Assembly (NCBI GenBank): GCA_963575745.1
Contig: CAUYUJ010000281.1
Location: 558,001-622,000 of the forward strand
DNA length: 64,000 nt
DNA from: Prorocentrum cordatum
Lineage: Eukaryota
Direction of reading: 5' to 3'
Shown here: positions 49,671 through 63,240 of the stretch, piece by piece
Layout: every line of letters starts with the position of its first letter
Numbering within the stretch: position 1 is the stretch's first letter
Notes under the pieces: generated by a model
Seen by the model: only the letters and a program-made list of their open reading frames with translations
Database searches by the model: none
What the model was told of the DNA's origin: nothing
Translations under genes and position numbers: made by a program

Positions 49671-50499
49671 ACACCAAAGGATGATTCGGGAAAGTATGTA
49701 TGGATTTCACGTGTGTAGGGCGGGTCGTTTTCAATCTGTGGCTCGCGCCTGAGCGCCGCGAGCACTCGATTTAAACAGATTAGGACCTTCACGGGTTGAG
49801 GGCGGGACGTTTTCAACATGTGGCTCTCGCAACAACGCCGCGCACGTTCGTCTCAAACACTTACGAGTGCTTCACGGATTGAGGGTGGTCGCTTTGAAAA
49901 TGTGGCCCTCGCTTTAGCGCCGGGCACATTCTTATTTTGTTGCCAAAGCACATTACCTTACATTCACTGTGTCTAATCAGGACGCAGAAAGCAGGATGCT
50001 TCGTGACGTTGACGCCCTGAGAGCAGTGTTGTGGTACCCTTCCGGATTTTGAAAGGTTTGTCTCGCAACGGGGCGTTTCCCTCAGTGGGAGTGAATCCTT
50101 GTATGGGGCCTATGAAGTGGAAACTTGGAGGGAGGGTGTATCCCAATATCGCTGATGAGTCTTGGGTTTACACTGGTCCTCCTCCTCCTCCTACTCCCCA
50201 TCCGTCCCCTCCTCCATCGTCCTCCTCTTCGTGTTCCTCTTCGCTCTCTTCCTCCTCCCTCCCGCTCATCCTGAAACGTCTGGCTGCCCGCTCATCATTC
50301 CTTCCCGCCTCCTCCTGCGCCCCTCCCCCCCTGGCCATTCAGTCCTTGTAGCCTCCCCCTGAGGTGAACACCCTCTCCAACTCCTCCCCCTCCTCCTCCT
50401 CGTCCTCTTCCAATTGCTCCTTCTCCTCTTTTGTTTTTTCCTCCCCCTCCTTCACGTCTTCAAATATCGTCCTCAGCGTCGGCTTCGTTGTCACCGTTA

Positions 50500-50528
50500 G
50501 CATCATCATCACCACCATCACCATTAGT

Positions 50529-50613
<85 letters not shown>

Positions 50614-50695
50614 CTAGCATCATCATCATCATCATCATCATCATCATAATCATCATCATCATCATCATCATAATCATCATCATCATCATCATCAG

Positions 50696-50734
<39 letters not shown>

Positions 50735-51264
50735 GATCATCATCATCATCATCATCATCAACAACATCATCACCACTAACACCAACGACATCGTCATCAG
50801 TACCAACACTACCATCCTCGAATTCCACATCAGCATCACCAGTGCACGCAACATCACCATCGTAGTCGTCATCATCGTCATAAGTATCGGCAGCGACATT
50901 CTAATAACCAGCAGCATCATCACCATCATCACCCTCAGCGTCAACATCATGGACATCAACATAATCTCATCATGATTCACACATTCGATATTTGTATCAT
51001 CATCGACACTGTCATCATCAGCATCGTCGGCGGTAACATCATCAGCAACATCAGCATCAATATCACCCGCACCATCGGCAACATCAACATCACCCTGGCA
51101 TCGTTACCATTATCAGCACCATCACCATCATCAACATAATCACCACCATCATCAGCATCATCAACATCAGCATCGCCATTTCCGTCATCTTCATCATCAG
51201 CATGGTCGGCGTCGGGATGGTGATGATGATGATGATCATTCATCATCATCAGCATCAGCATCTG

Positions 51265-51323
<59 letters not shown>

Positions 51324-51400
51324 GCGGCAGCATCAGCATAAGCATTAGCATCCGCATCAGCATCAACATCACCATCACCATGACCATCGTCATCGCCATC
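50500..51400. repeat. Degenerate (CAT)n microsatellite block
   Basis: Directly visible. Confidence 0.95.
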
Positions 51401-53551
51401 CTTTCCTTCCCTTCTCCCTCCTCCTCCTCCTCTTCCTCTTGCTTCCCTTCCCTCCCCCATCCTCGTCTTCGTTCCCCCCTTCCGGGAGTCAGGGGCCATC
51501 TTTCCTCCTCCGACTCTTCCCCCTCCTAAGCCCAACCCATGGTGCTCTAACTCCTGTTGCTTCTGCGCCTTCTCCCCCTCCTTCTCCATCATCCCTGACT
51601 GCTCACTGCTCCTCTCTCCAACCTGCTTAATTGTGTCTCCTCCATCCTGCATCCTTCCGTGTCTCGCCTGCTGGCTCCTGCATCTTTCCGTCTTGCCCCC
51701 CTCATCTCTTCCCTTCTCCCCATTCGCCTCCCTCTTAACACGCTCCTCCTGCCCGCGTATGCTTTTCATCCGGATCCCTCGTCTCGGTGCATGCCTCCTT
51801 CTCCTCCTCCTCCTCGTTCTCCCTCACGCTTGCTGCCCAGCCTCCCCCTTCCTCCTCATTTGTCCTCCCAAGCATCGGCCTCCCCCTTACTTATCTGTTC
51901 TCTTTCCCATCAGTTCCTCCCCCTCCTCCGTGCTCAGCATGCATATATTGCGCCTACTTGTCCTACCCGTCCCTCCTGCATCCCGCTTCCTCTCCTCCAC
52001 CCTCGCCCGCACTGTCCGTTTACTCGCCCTTCTCTACCTCCCATCGACATCCACCCACCAACTGCCACCCAATGAGGCCCCACGAACCAGAAGCACCCTC
52101 CATCCTCGCTCCTGGCTGTCATTCTCCACCCCTCTCCCCGTCAGGACTCCTCCCCGTCGCCCACGCAGAACGGTCGGCAGGGCGCGCCCGGGCGCGCCTC
52201 GCGTCCGACATCCGCACCACTCGTGTCCTCCCCGAAGGGTTGACATCTGCCATAGCTTCGAGGGTGGAGGGCGGTTTCGAAAATATGGCGCCCGCCGAAG
52301 CGCCGCGCGCGCTCGCCTTCAAAAGAGTTGCAGAAGTTGCCTTTTGGGGGGCAGGGCGTTCTCAAGACGTGGTCGTCGCCTCCGCGCCGCACGCCTCCGT
52401 GTGAAGAGTTCCAGCAGCTTCACGGATGGAGGGCGGGCGGTCTTCAGAATGTTGCTCTCGCCGTAGTGCCGCGCGCACGCGTCGCAACCAAAAAACGAAA
52501 ACAGTTTCAAGCATGGAGGGCGGTTCTTTTTCAACACGTGGCGCCTGCCTCAACGCCACACGCATCCTTCTTGTAAGTATTATTCCGGCCGGACCTCCGT
52601 ACAATTGCCGGGTCACTGAACAAAACCATTGTTTTGTGCGAGTGTATTGCATGGCGCCGCCTGGCCGGAAACTGAAACATTCCCCGTACAAAAAAATAAG
52701 AATCGCTGCTCGCGTGCTGGTGACGCCCTTGTCGCTGTGGGCTCTGCAAAGCGCAGGGGGTGGCCGAATATGCTGGGACATCGCTGCGATTCTGACGTTC
52801 GTCAAACGTGCGTTTGATTCGCCCATGTCGTCCAGCCCCCCATCTGAACCAGAAAAGCTGTTTTTTTAGACATCCTCACGAGTCCTTCTTAAACTGGCCA
52901 CGGCGTGGAGGTGACGCTGGCGGTGTGCTGCCCGTGCCGAGGCGAGAGCGCCGTTTGGACGGACTTTCGGCCATTGCACGGAAGTTCGGCACGCATAGCA
53001 GCAGCATTTTCAAGCATCCGTATGTTGAAGTCCCACGCACGGACTTCTGGCACGACTTAGGATGATCACGACTCAATTAGCACGTTGATTCGCCGTACTG
53101 TAGTCCCAGGAGCGATGTTTTTCCACGATTGTGGATTCTCAAGCGGTTGTCTTCCAATGGGGCACTTCCCGTTGCGACACTAAAGCTCACATGGCTAGCT
53201 ATGCAGAAGGGACTTCGAATGAAATTTTACTGCAACATCGTTGATCCGCTTTGAGTTTCCACAAGTCTTCCTCATCCTCCTCTCCCTCCTCCTCTCCTTC
53301 CTCCTCCTCCTCCTCATCCTCCTCTTAGTTCTCTCATTTGCTCCTTTTCATCCTCCGACCTCCTCATCATCTTCCTGTCTCCTTTCTCCTCGCCCTTTAT
53401 CGGCCTTATAGCCCTCCTACTCTTACCATGATCTTCCACTGCCCTCTCCTCTTCCTTCCTCCCTCCTCTCTTCTCATCCTCTTCCTTGTTATAGGTCTGG
53501 TCCTCCCCTGGGCGGAAGGCCGAAAGCCCACCGAAGTGTGATCCCACTCAC

Positions 53552-53600
53552 CTGCCATATCACGCGCCCAGGGGAACATCATGGTTAATCGGCGGACGAG
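53552..53600 (-). CDS. Candidate host gene exon (LVRRLTMMFPWARDMA)
   Basis: Consensus donor CAG|GTGAGT; phase 0 to phase 1 bridges exons 54860-54931 and 47078-47169; codon usage and acceptor are weaker than in the other exons. Confidence 0.3.
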
Positions 53601-53792
53601 CTACGATCGGAGTTGCCAATCACACAGGTATGCCGTGGCACGCAAGTGCGATAACGCTTCCGCCGCAGGGTGCAGTGGCGGCAAATGTGCCAACTTCGAG
53701 CAGGGTATCTACAAAGAAATGCGGGGGGACTCGTAAAGCAAGATAACCAGGGACGCGGATCCGAATCCTCATTGAGATCACACGGCGCCTTC

Positions 53793-54773
53793 ATACCTAT
53801 ACGACCACCCTTCGGGTGATAAGGACATTGTCTGTGGGGGGGGGAGACTGGTGGCAACTGCGACGACTGTGACGGTGACGATGCGGGTGATGTGCTCACG
53901 AGTTGGCGACGATGCATGAAGACGACACCGGTGAAACCATTGGGCCACAAACGGCGCTGCATCGGGACACCATTGCGACACCATCGCGACACCATCGAAA
54001 CACCATCGGACGGAGCACCTGAATGCACTGCTGAGGCAAGTAAAGAACACCATCGCGACCCACGGTCTATCGACTATTCTCACAATCCACCGCGCAATAT
54101 ATCCCACTATCTGTGTAGCGATCTCGCTACCAACCTCGCAATGGATCCCACTATCTATCAATGAGTGCCACTATCATTCGGAAATTGCGTAACCACCGCC
54201 ATCGCAGAAAAAAACTGCCACCACCGACACCACCGCCATCGTCATCCCACTATCGATCTATCGACGCGAGACACCGCGACACAGTACAGAACAATATACT
54301 AGGCCACAGGGAACCACGAGACACAACGCGACACCACGGACAAAAGACACGATGGATTCCACGATCGATCCCCCTGTGTCGATCAATATAACTATCTATC
54401 GACATTACAATCGCTCTCACTTTCAATCTCACTATCGATGTCACTACCGATCTCAATATCGATGTCACTCAACCGCTCTCGCAATCGATCTTACGATCGA
54501 CCTCACTATCGACCTTCACGGGCCACCACGGGACATCGCGGGAAATCGCGCCACGGGACACCACGGGAACCCACGGGACACCACGTCACACCACGGGACA
54601 CCGGCAGGACACCCCCAAGCCACTGCCGGCGAACTGGGGGGAGGAGAGACATTGAGCCTGGTTTCGCAAAGGGCGCCATCCTCCCTTTCGCCCACCCACA
54701 GAGCTTCGCCTCGCCCGCCCGCGGGGGGGGGCTCGCCGTTTCACTGCGGTCTCACCCCCAGTCTGCGATCTAC
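53793..54773. mobile_element. Family B element, copy 2
   Basis: Starts ATACCTATACGACCACCCTTCGGGTGATAAGGA; ends GGGGGGCTCGCCGTTTCACTGCGGTCTCACCCCC..CGATCTAC; ATCGAT and GGGACACC repeats inside. Confidence 0.7.
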
Positions 54774-54859
54774 ACTGGAAGCGCGTACTCAACGGGATCT
54801 GTCGTGTCGGGGAAAATGTTGGCCAAGGTCGGTGGCGTCGGGGCTACATGACAGCCCAC

Positions 54860-54931
54860 CTGGTGTCGTCGCAAGAGCGCCAGGAACTCCTCGTACGGCA
54901 TCTTCGCGCACCGCTCCTCGGCCGTCTTCTC
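54860..54931 (-). CDS. Host gene internal exon (EKTAEERCAKMPYEEFLALLRRHQ)
   Basis: Acceptor caccccAG|G, donor CAG|GT, exactly 24 codons, GC3-rich. Confidence 0.7.
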
Positions 54932-55235
54932 CTGGGGTGCCCCATCCACCTCCTCGTCCTCCTCCTTCTCCTCCTCCTCCTCCTCCTTCTCCTCCTCCTC
55001 CACCTCCACCTCCTCCTCCTCCTCCTCCTCCTCCTCGTCCTCCTCCTCCTCCTCCTCCTCCTCCACCTCCTCCTCGTCACAATCACCTCCTCGAACTCCC
55101 CCCCTCCCCAGGTCTTCGCTCCTCCGGCCTGTGCCACGTGGGACCCTATGGACGGGGACCTGTGGGCCAGGGCTTCGACCTCTGGCTGGCCCGATTGGTA
55201 GAACCCATGTGGATGGATTGGTGGGATCCTGCGTA

Positions 55236-55414
55236 CTCCAGATTTCGTAATAAAAGGGAGGGGGTCTGGACCCTCCCAGACGAGCCATTTCAGACCTCCC
55301 CCCGTGGGAGAACCCTCCAAAACATCGTCCCCAGACCCCCCCAGGCCCTCCAAGATAGCCTGGAAGAGACCCCCCCGAAAGGAGACCCCCCTCCCTTTAT
55401 TACGAAATCTGGAG
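55236..55414. mobile_element. Tc1/mariner-type (Stowaway-like) MITE with TA TSD, copy 1
   Basis: TIR CTCCAGATTTCGTAATAAA(A)GGGAGGGGG; TA on both sides. Confidence 0.9.
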
Positions 55415-57991
55415 TATTCAACCCTGTGGATGGGGCCGCCCCGGCGTGACATTACGGTTTGGACCGCCTGGGTGGGGCCCTACACCGTATGGATGAGATC
55501 CCGGTTCCTGTGGGGACACAAGCGCCTTCCTCTCACATGCGCGGGACACTGTCACGACTGTTGAGGCGAAGTAGGATGCCCTGATTGCAGACACAATTTG
55601 GAGAACAACATGCTAAACTGGAAAGCTTGCAACATAGAACGGAAGATCCGTCGACACGCTCACTGGTACTGGTACTGGTACTGGTGGAAGGGAATGTAGG
55701 CCTAAAGGCCGCCCTTCGTCTCCCCAGCAGGACCCGGACCCCGGACCCCAACCCCGGAGGGGTGAAGTGCGCCGCGACGAGGCGGGGGCGGGGACCCCGT
55801 GCCGGGAGAGGCACGAGGGGGAGCCCGATCCTCCGCCCCACCGCGACGGACCCCACCCCGAAAGCCCCCAGAGCAGAAGAGGTGAGGGAGGGAGAAAAGA
55901 CCAGGAGTGACGAGGCGGAGAGATCCCCTTGGTAAACGGAGCCCCATACTGGGTGTACCAGGGTCAAGGACCGTACCATGAAGGCGCCTCATCGGAATAT
56001 CGGGCCTTGCGACGCCCGTCCTGGAAGAACATGCCGATGATTGAGGCACCAGCAAGAAATCGAATATTGGCACTCAAGACAGCTTCGCATGCACACCTTC
56101 AGAAGCGCACGACACGCACTGTGCGCCGACAGTTCCACACACACACACACACTCACCGCCTTCAACCTGGAGCGCCCATACGACCTTCAACCCGGAACGC
56201 CCTCAGGACCGTATCTCAGCTGATGGTGTGCGAGCGGAACTCCAACAAGGCATGTGCCGTTGTGAATTCTAGCCCGTCCGGCAAACCTCCCCGCGACGTG
56301 CGTCCTCCCCGCCTGTCGGTCAGGAAAAGGGTGCAAGGCCCCTCGCCGCCAGGGGTGCAAGACCCCCCACCCGAGGAGGCGGTGCAAGGCCACCTCCCAG
56401 CGCAAAAGGGTGACCCCAGAGGGCGACGACGACCCGACTGACAGGCGAAACACGCGTACTCCCCAAATGACCACTCCGGCATCTGCCGCCCCCGACCACG
56501 AATGCCCCTGGACCTCCCCGCCCGCCCCCCATCCCCCCCCCACACACCCCAATCCAGACGGCACGATACCCGAAAAGGGTCGATTTGCATCAGCGCGGCA
56601 CCACGGAGAGACGCCTTAGGATCGGCCCAGAAGACCCGCGCGAAGACAGAACCAGAGTCTGCCAGCCCCCGGTGATCAGGCGGCAGCCAGCCTTACGCTA
56701 CCCGGCGTACGGGGGAAGATTCAAAAGAATCCAACCGCCCCCGCACGCACATGGCAGCGAGTCGTGCCCTCCCGCCCCCGCGCAAGTTCGAAGCGACACG
56801 TCGCGGTTTGAAACAAATGAGGGAGCCGCAGCCAAGTGCCAGAGCAGGGGGTCTCCATTCCACTCCGCACCCGGCCACGCACTACACCATGGGGGCGACT
56901 GCGGGGGCCACTCAGGCCGAGGGGAACCTGGGGGCCCCCCGTCCTGGGGTTGGCCGCCCTCGAGCGCTGGCCCACGTGTCAATCGGCACTGTACCCCGAG
57001 CACCCTCGGGCGCCCAAGAGGCGTTGCCCCCGGCCCAACCGGGCGGTTTGGGCACTCACGGGCCTGGAGAGGCGCCGTATCGTGCAAAGAGCTCCCGACG
57101 GGAAGCAAAGAAGCGCGCAGCCCCCGCCCAACAGTGCTCCCGTCCGACTCGGCGGTCTGTGGACGTGCCAGCGTAGCTGGCTAGGCCACGCCCGGCACCG
57201 CGGCCCCGGGAGCAGGGCGTAGGCCGGTGAGAACTACGGGCGCGCCCCCCAACGCCATACCCAATGCTTGGACGTGGCACTTCTCTCCGCAGACCCGAAA
57301 CCCGGCACGCACCAAACCTAGCACACCTTCCACGCCGCGCAAAACACACAAGCACATACATACGTGTCAAACGCGCGCAACACACAAATTCGCGCACGCG
57401 TGCGCAAAAACACTCTACCCGTCTGTTGCCAATATTCGTAGTTCCGCCGGTGTATGAACAGTTATTACGACATTCTGGCGGCAGTGAGAACTCTAGCGCA
57501 TCGGCAAACTAGAGGCACATCGAATCATTAGTGCAGCACAAACTTGAGGAATGAGCATGCTACGCCTACGAAAAGCGACAAGCAAGCTAGACGCACCCTG
57601 AGGTGAACTACCACATGCAAGCTCAAGGCCACGGCTGGAAGAGAGGCAAGCAAACACAATCCGTCGTAAACACAAGCCAATGTTGGGCCTACGATGATTG
57701 GAATTCGGGTACTCTGGAAACAAGCTAGCACACTACAAAATCGACAGGCAATTCAGACGAGCACAAGCGACTGGCACGATGACGGCGAGAACATGGCAAC
57801 ATGGAGGCGCTCGAGGAGGCTAGCTGGAAAGCAAGCGATGCACAGTCAGGTGGCAGTCGAACAGAAAGCTACCATTAGCAACCCTGGAACAGTGCACGTG
57901 CATGCGGCAGGGCTACCTCAGCGAGCAGTCGTGGCGTGCCCAGGGGAAGCAGGGGCGGTGCCACGATGAGTCCGACCACGCGTGCTGACAC

Positions 57992-58025
57992 CCTCATGTT
58001 TGAGAACTCCATGCGCAGCTCCGCG
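57992..58025 (-). CDS. Candidate host gene micro-exon (AELRMEFSNMR)
   Basis: Acceptor cgcccgcgcAG matches that of exon 18420-18495; donor AGG|GT phase 0 fits the next exon; too short to be sure. Confidence 0.35.
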
Positions 58026-58823
58026 CTGCGCGGGCGTTGATCGGTGAGGGGCGTGGTCTCCCCTGCCTCTAGAGGCATCGGCGTCCACGGCTGCCTCCAT
58101 CGGAGCTCGAATCTGCCAGCCCCAGAACTGCCCTCGCTACTATACTGTGTGGCGGGGGCCGTGGCGAGACAAATTGATGCCCAATGCGAACGGGGGATGA
58201 CGCACAACGGTGCTCCCCAAAGCCGGCGCAAAACAGCCCGCCGCGGGTGCAGAGTTTCTCAGGCCAGTAACGGTGGGTCGCGGGACGGTCGCGGGGCGGG
58301 TCGCGGGCTGTGGGTTGGCGGGTCGCGGGTGGGTCGCCGGGCGGGCCGCAGGGCGACGACGACAAGACAACGACACTGGGTGGGCCGCGGGGGGCCGCGG
58401 GTGCGTCGCGGGTGGGTCGCGGGTGGGTCGCGGGTGGGTCACGACGACGTCGCAGGATAGAGGGCGGGTCGCGGGCGAGCTGCGGGACCCGCTGCCATCA
58501 TCCGCGGGCCCAGGGACAGCGCCGGAGGCCAGCAGGCCCGCCGGCTCCTGCGGCGGCTGCCTCGGAGGCGGGCCCGCGCGCCGGGACGGCGAGGCCGGAA
58601 GCCTCACGAGGGACAGAGGCCGAGGCCCGCGCGTCCGAGCACCACCGACAAGAACAAGGCTGAGCGGCGCCCGTGGGGCACAGCGGAGTGTGCCTCGGAC
58701 ACCGAGCCCGCGGAGAGGTGGAGGGGCGAGTGCGGGCTTGCGTGGCGTGTGCGTCGCGCCACCGTGTCGCGGCAGGACGTCCCGAGGGCAAGGGATGGCA
58801 CGGCGATGGTGCAAAATTAACGG

Positions 58824-58919
58824 GCGAAGAACGGTATAAAATAAACTTTTTCGCTGTCGGGGGCGCCTGTCCCTGGGCGGCCCCGACAGCGAAAAAGTTT
58901 ATGTTATACCGTTCTTCGC
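58824..58919. repeat. Near-perfect 96-bp palindrome
   Basis: GCGAAGAACGGTATAAAATAAACTTTTTCGCTGTCGGGG / CCCCGACAGCGAAAAAGTTTATGTTATACCGTTCTTCGC, one mismatch in 39 bp. Confidence 0.9.
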
Positions 58920-59449
58920 TCGCTGACAAAAGGGTGAGGGGAAGAGGGTGGAGCAGGTGGAAGGAGGAAGGATGAAGCTGAGGTGGACTGGCAGGCCGCT
59001 CTCTCATTGCAGCGCGAGCGCTCCCCCCCTGCCCCCCCCCGCGAGTCTCCTCTCGAAGGTCCAGCGCCAGCAGCGAACTGGACACCGACAGGGTCGAGGC
59101 TGACTCCAGCACGACCTGGCGGAGGCCGGCTTACCCACCTCCTGGGTGAGGAGACATGCCGGCTACTTCGGGCTTCGCAGGCCCATCCCACCTTGGAGGG
59201 TGGGTGATGGGGCTGAGGCACCATGGCACAGGAGGGATAGAGATAGGCTAGAACCCATACTGTTCATACTCGCCATAATGCAAGATTGCCAGCCACGCCC
59301 CTCCCCCCCTCCCCCCCGGGGTCACGTCACAATTCGCGCCAGCGCCGTCTGCGAAACAAACCATCCCCAAGCATTCCAACACGGCGCCAGCGCGAACCGT
59401 TCCGTTACCGGCCCAAGGACCCAACCAGAAGCAATCCAGAGCATCGCCC

Positions 59450-60560
59450 CGACATGGGCGCGGGGACGCATGCGTGCCCTGCCACTGCGGCCTTCGGTGG
59501 AGCTCCCTATGGGGCCACGAAGCGTGCGAGGGATGTGCCGAACTGGACATGACGCCCACATTTCGGCCTCTGGGGCCTTCGGTGGATCTTCCTATGGGGC
59601 CACGAGACGCTTGAGGGGTGTGCCGCAACGTGCGTGACGCCTACGCGTGGACGTTGCCTCCAGGGCCGACGGTGGACGTTCCGATGGGGCCACGAAACGT
59701 TTGAGGGTGTGCAGAAAAGGCCGTGACGCTCACATGTGGAGGGCCCCTCTAGGGTCTTCGGTGGAGATCCCTATGGCGGCACGAAGCGCGCAAGTTCTGT
59801 ATGCGGGACGGATGCGACGCCCCCGTGTGGACAGTGCCTCTGGGGCCCCTTCAATGGACCTCCCTCCGGGGCCACGAAACGTTTCAGGGGTGTGCCGAAG
59901 ACGGTTTGACGGGCACATGTGGGCGGTGCCTCTGGGGCCTTCGATGGAGCTGTGCTGGGCGCGACGCCCATATGTTGACGGTGCCTCTGGGGCCTTCGGT
60001 GCAGCTCCCTGTGGGGCCACGACGCGTGTGAGAGATGTGCCGAAATGGGCGAGACGTCCAACTGCGGGAGGTGCCTCTGGGGCCTTCGGTGAGGGCCACG
60101 AGTCGTGGGAGGGATTTGCCGAAACGAGCGCGACGCACACGTGTGGACGCTGCCTCTGGGGCCTTCGGGAGAGCCCCGTATGAGGCAACGAGACGTGTGA
60201 GCGATGTGCCGAAACGGGCGCGACGTCTAAATGTGGACGGTGCCTCTGGGGCCTTCGGTGCAGCTTCCCCTGGGGCCATGCAGCTAGGGGATGTGCCGAA
60301 ACGGGCGCGACATCCACATGTGGACGCTGCCTCTGGAGCCTTCGGTGGAGCTTCCTGTGAGGCAAAGAAACGTACGAAGGTGTGCCGAAACGGCCGGGGC
60401 GCCCACATGCGGACGGTGCCTCTGGGCCCTTCGGTGGAGCATGGGGCTGCGACACGTGCGAGGGGTGTGCCGAAACGGGCGCGACATTGACATGTGGACG
60501 GTGCCTCTTGGGCCTTCGCTGGAGCTCCCTATGGGGCCACGAGACGTGTGAGGGATGCGT
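59450..60560. repeat. Degenerate minisatellite (TGCCTCTGGGGCCTTCGGTGGAGCTCCC..GGGCCACGA..GTGCCGAAACG), unit about 90 bp
   Basis: More than ten diverged units. Confidence 0.85.
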
Positions 60561-60755
60561 CGAAAAGGGCATGCGGAGGGAGGGCAGAGGCAAGGATGGG
60601 AGGAGAGGGCAGCGAGGCGCAATCCCTGTAAGACACAACGCGGGTGCATGTTGCTCGATGCGCGCAGCCCGCTGTGCTTCCTAGCCTGGGACGCACGGCT
60701 AGCATGGGGCATGCAGGGGGCTGGGCAGCGGACCGGCGGGAGCGATGCAGGACTA

Positions 60756-60933
60756 CTCCAGATTTCGTAATAAAGGGAGGGGGGTCTCATTTCGGGGGGG
60801 TCTCTTCCAGGCTATCTTGGAGGGCCTGGGGGGTCTGGGGACGATGTTTTGGAGGGTTCTCCCACGGGGGGGGGTCTGAAATGGCTTGTCTTGGAGGGTC
60901 CAGACCCCCTCCCTTTTATTACGAAATCTGGAG
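60756..60933. mobile_element. Tc1/mariner-type MITE with TA TSD, copy 2, inverted relative to copy 1
   Basis: Near-identical reverse complement of 55236-55414; TA on both sides. Confidence 0.9.
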
Positions 60934-61104
60934 TAGGCGTGGGGCGGGGGACGGAACAAAAACAGCAGCGTCGCGCGGCAGGGCGGAGGCGGTGGATCCA
61001 ACGGGGTCTGGTGGTCTGGTGAGGGCGGGGCAGCGTCGCCCGTCCAAGCCGGCCTGACCGAGATGCAGCACCAGGGGCGGGGGGGGGGGCGAGCAGGAGC
61101 AGGA

Positions 61105-61268
61105 CATTACCAGCCTGGAACATATCCCTATCCCTATGCTGGGCACCTCCTCATCACGGTGCCAATCTCAGGGGTTCCCTTCTTTTTTTTGAGGGCGGAT
61201 CCCTGAGATTGTCATCGCCTTTTGGCGTGCCCATCCTAGGGATAGGGACACGTTGGAGGCTGGTAATG
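61105..61268. mobile_element. Hairpin MITE with about 40-bp TIR
   Basis: CATTACCAGCCTGGAACATATCCCTATCCCTATGCTGGGCAC / GTGCCCATCCTAGGGATAGGGACACGTTGGAGGCTGGTAATG; CAGGA on both flanks but TSD length ambiguous. Confidence 0.7.
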
Positions 61269-61509
61269 ACAGGAGCACGGCGGGAGGAGGACGAGGTGGA
61301 GCGGCGGGCGCCGGGGCAGGAGCAGGACGGCGAGAGCGAGGAGGAGCAGGGGCGCCCTGGGCAGGGAGGGGGGCGCAAAGCGGCGGCGCGCGCACCCTCG
61401 GACCCCGCGCGGGGCGCCGGCCCGAGGCCCGAGGATACCGCGCCGCACGCGAGCGGTAGACCTCGCACCCCCGACAACTCCGCGGCCCTTCGAGCCGACG
61501 ACTCCTTTT

Positions 61510-61670
61510 TGAAGGGGCCCACAAACACACAAATAAGTACACACAAATAAAAAGATCCCCCATATGTTCCCCATATGTTCTGGGCTTTTGCCTTCCCCCC
61601 CACTTCCCAGATCTTCCCATCTGTTCTGGGAATCGCCTATTAATTGTGTCTGTGATTTTCCCCCTCCTGA
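61510..61670. mobile_element. Short interspersed repeat family A, copy 4, flanked by an about 33-36 bp direct repeat
   Basis: AACTCCGCGGCCCT(T/C)CGAGCCGACGACTC at 61476 and 61671. Confidence 0.7.
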
Positions 61671-62279
61671 AACTCCGCGGCCCTCCGAGCCGACGACTCT
61701 TTCTGAGCTCTCCGAGCCGCCGGCCCCCCCGCGGTGCGGCCGCCGCGAGCGCGCCGAGGGCGCCCCGGCGCGGGCGCCCGAGCGGTCACAGCAGGGTCTC
61801 CCGCAGGAGCTCGCGCATGGCGCCCCAGGACCGCTCCGCCGCCCCGGCGCCGCGGTCCGGCGGTCGCCACCGAGAGGGCCAGGGAGGAGCGAAAGGTGCA
61901 GGGCACGAGCAATCCAGCTCTAAACGTCTGACGCGGGAGGCAGCTGCAGGTATCTAGCAAGCGAGCTCCTGTTCCACCACACACGTTGTGTTGCCACACA
62001 TGAAGTGGTGCAATTAGTGGGTCTTCGCAGTAAACTCTCGAATCCACTGCTCGCGAAATCATCCCACCCACCCACCAGGGTGCAAAATGAGTGGTGCAAG
62101 CTACGTGGTGCAACATATGTCATTGATTCTATGTGGTCCAACCTACGTAGTGCAAGGTGCAAGCCATGTGGCGCCATCTATGTGGTGCAGATGATTTTAA
62201 CCCATGATGTGACACATCCTACCCTCTTGCAAACATCCGACCCACCCACCCGCAACTTGGTTTGCAAAACCTTTTAAGA

Positions 62280-63240
62280 CCGACTGCGACGACACCGACG
62301 AAAACGACTACGACGACACCGACGACGTCTCCGACGACTTCGACGACGACAACGACGCCGACGACGAAGAAGACGACGACGACGACGCCAACGAAGACGA
62401 CGACGAGGGAGGAGGAGGGACGACAACGGCGACAACGACGACAACGACGACAACGACGAGGGAGGAGGGAGGACGGCGACGACGCGAACGACGAAGAAGG
62501 AGGAAGGACGGCGACGCCGACGACGACAACGACGAGGGATGAGGGAAGACGACGACGACAACGACAACGACGACGACGGCGACGAAACGACGACGACGAC
62601 GACGGAGGAGGAGGAAGGACGACCACGGCGACAACGACGGAAACGACCACGACGCCAAAGAGGACGACGACGACGAACACGAGGAAAGACAGAGGACGAC
62701 GTAGGCGACGACGACGACGACGACGCGGGAGGAGGGAGGACGGCGACGACGACGACGACGACGACGCAAGAGCGCGCGCGCACGCTTTTGTTGATAATCC
62801 GTGTTGCGAAACCTTATGTTTTTGAAGGTTTTTTGGACACACGATTTTGAAATCCTTTCGGAACCGATGGGTTCTGAAGGTTTTCGGGGTACGCGCGCGA
62901 CGACGCGCGCGTCTGCACTTCGTCTCATTTTTTGCAGAGGATTCTCGCGACGGTACACGCGCAAGGGCGTTCGACAGATTTCGACATGCGCGCGCGCGCG
63001 AAACCCGTTTAATAGCATGTTGTAAAAATCCTGAAAAAAAACAATGGTTTTCTCAAGATTTCGCAAGAGCTCGCGCGGAAGCTTTCTTAGCAAATCAGTG
63101 TTGCGAAACTCTGTGTTTTTGTTTGTTTTTTGGGAACTCGATTGCGAAATCCTTCCGGCACCGAAGGTTTTTGGAGGATTTCGGCATGCGCGCGCGACGA
63201 CGCGCGCGTGTGCACTTCGTCCCATTTGTTGACAGGGATT
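62280..63240. repeat. (GAC)n block followed by an about 300-bp-period diverged duplication
   Basis: GTGTTGCGAAAC..GAAATCCTT..CGCGCGCGACGACGCGCGCGT..GCACTTCGTC occurs near 62800-62925 and 63098-63221. Confidence 0.75.

Noticed and set aside
52560..53260. Possible Rep or SF3 helicase remnant (RGKTS)
   Set aside because: No proper Walker A context or further motifs; multiple stops.
57450..57900. Possible LINE C-terminal remnant; similar weak cases at 12530-12800, 41090-41350 and 55420-55690
   Set aside because: Coding-like composition, but no diagnostic motif could be read with confidence.
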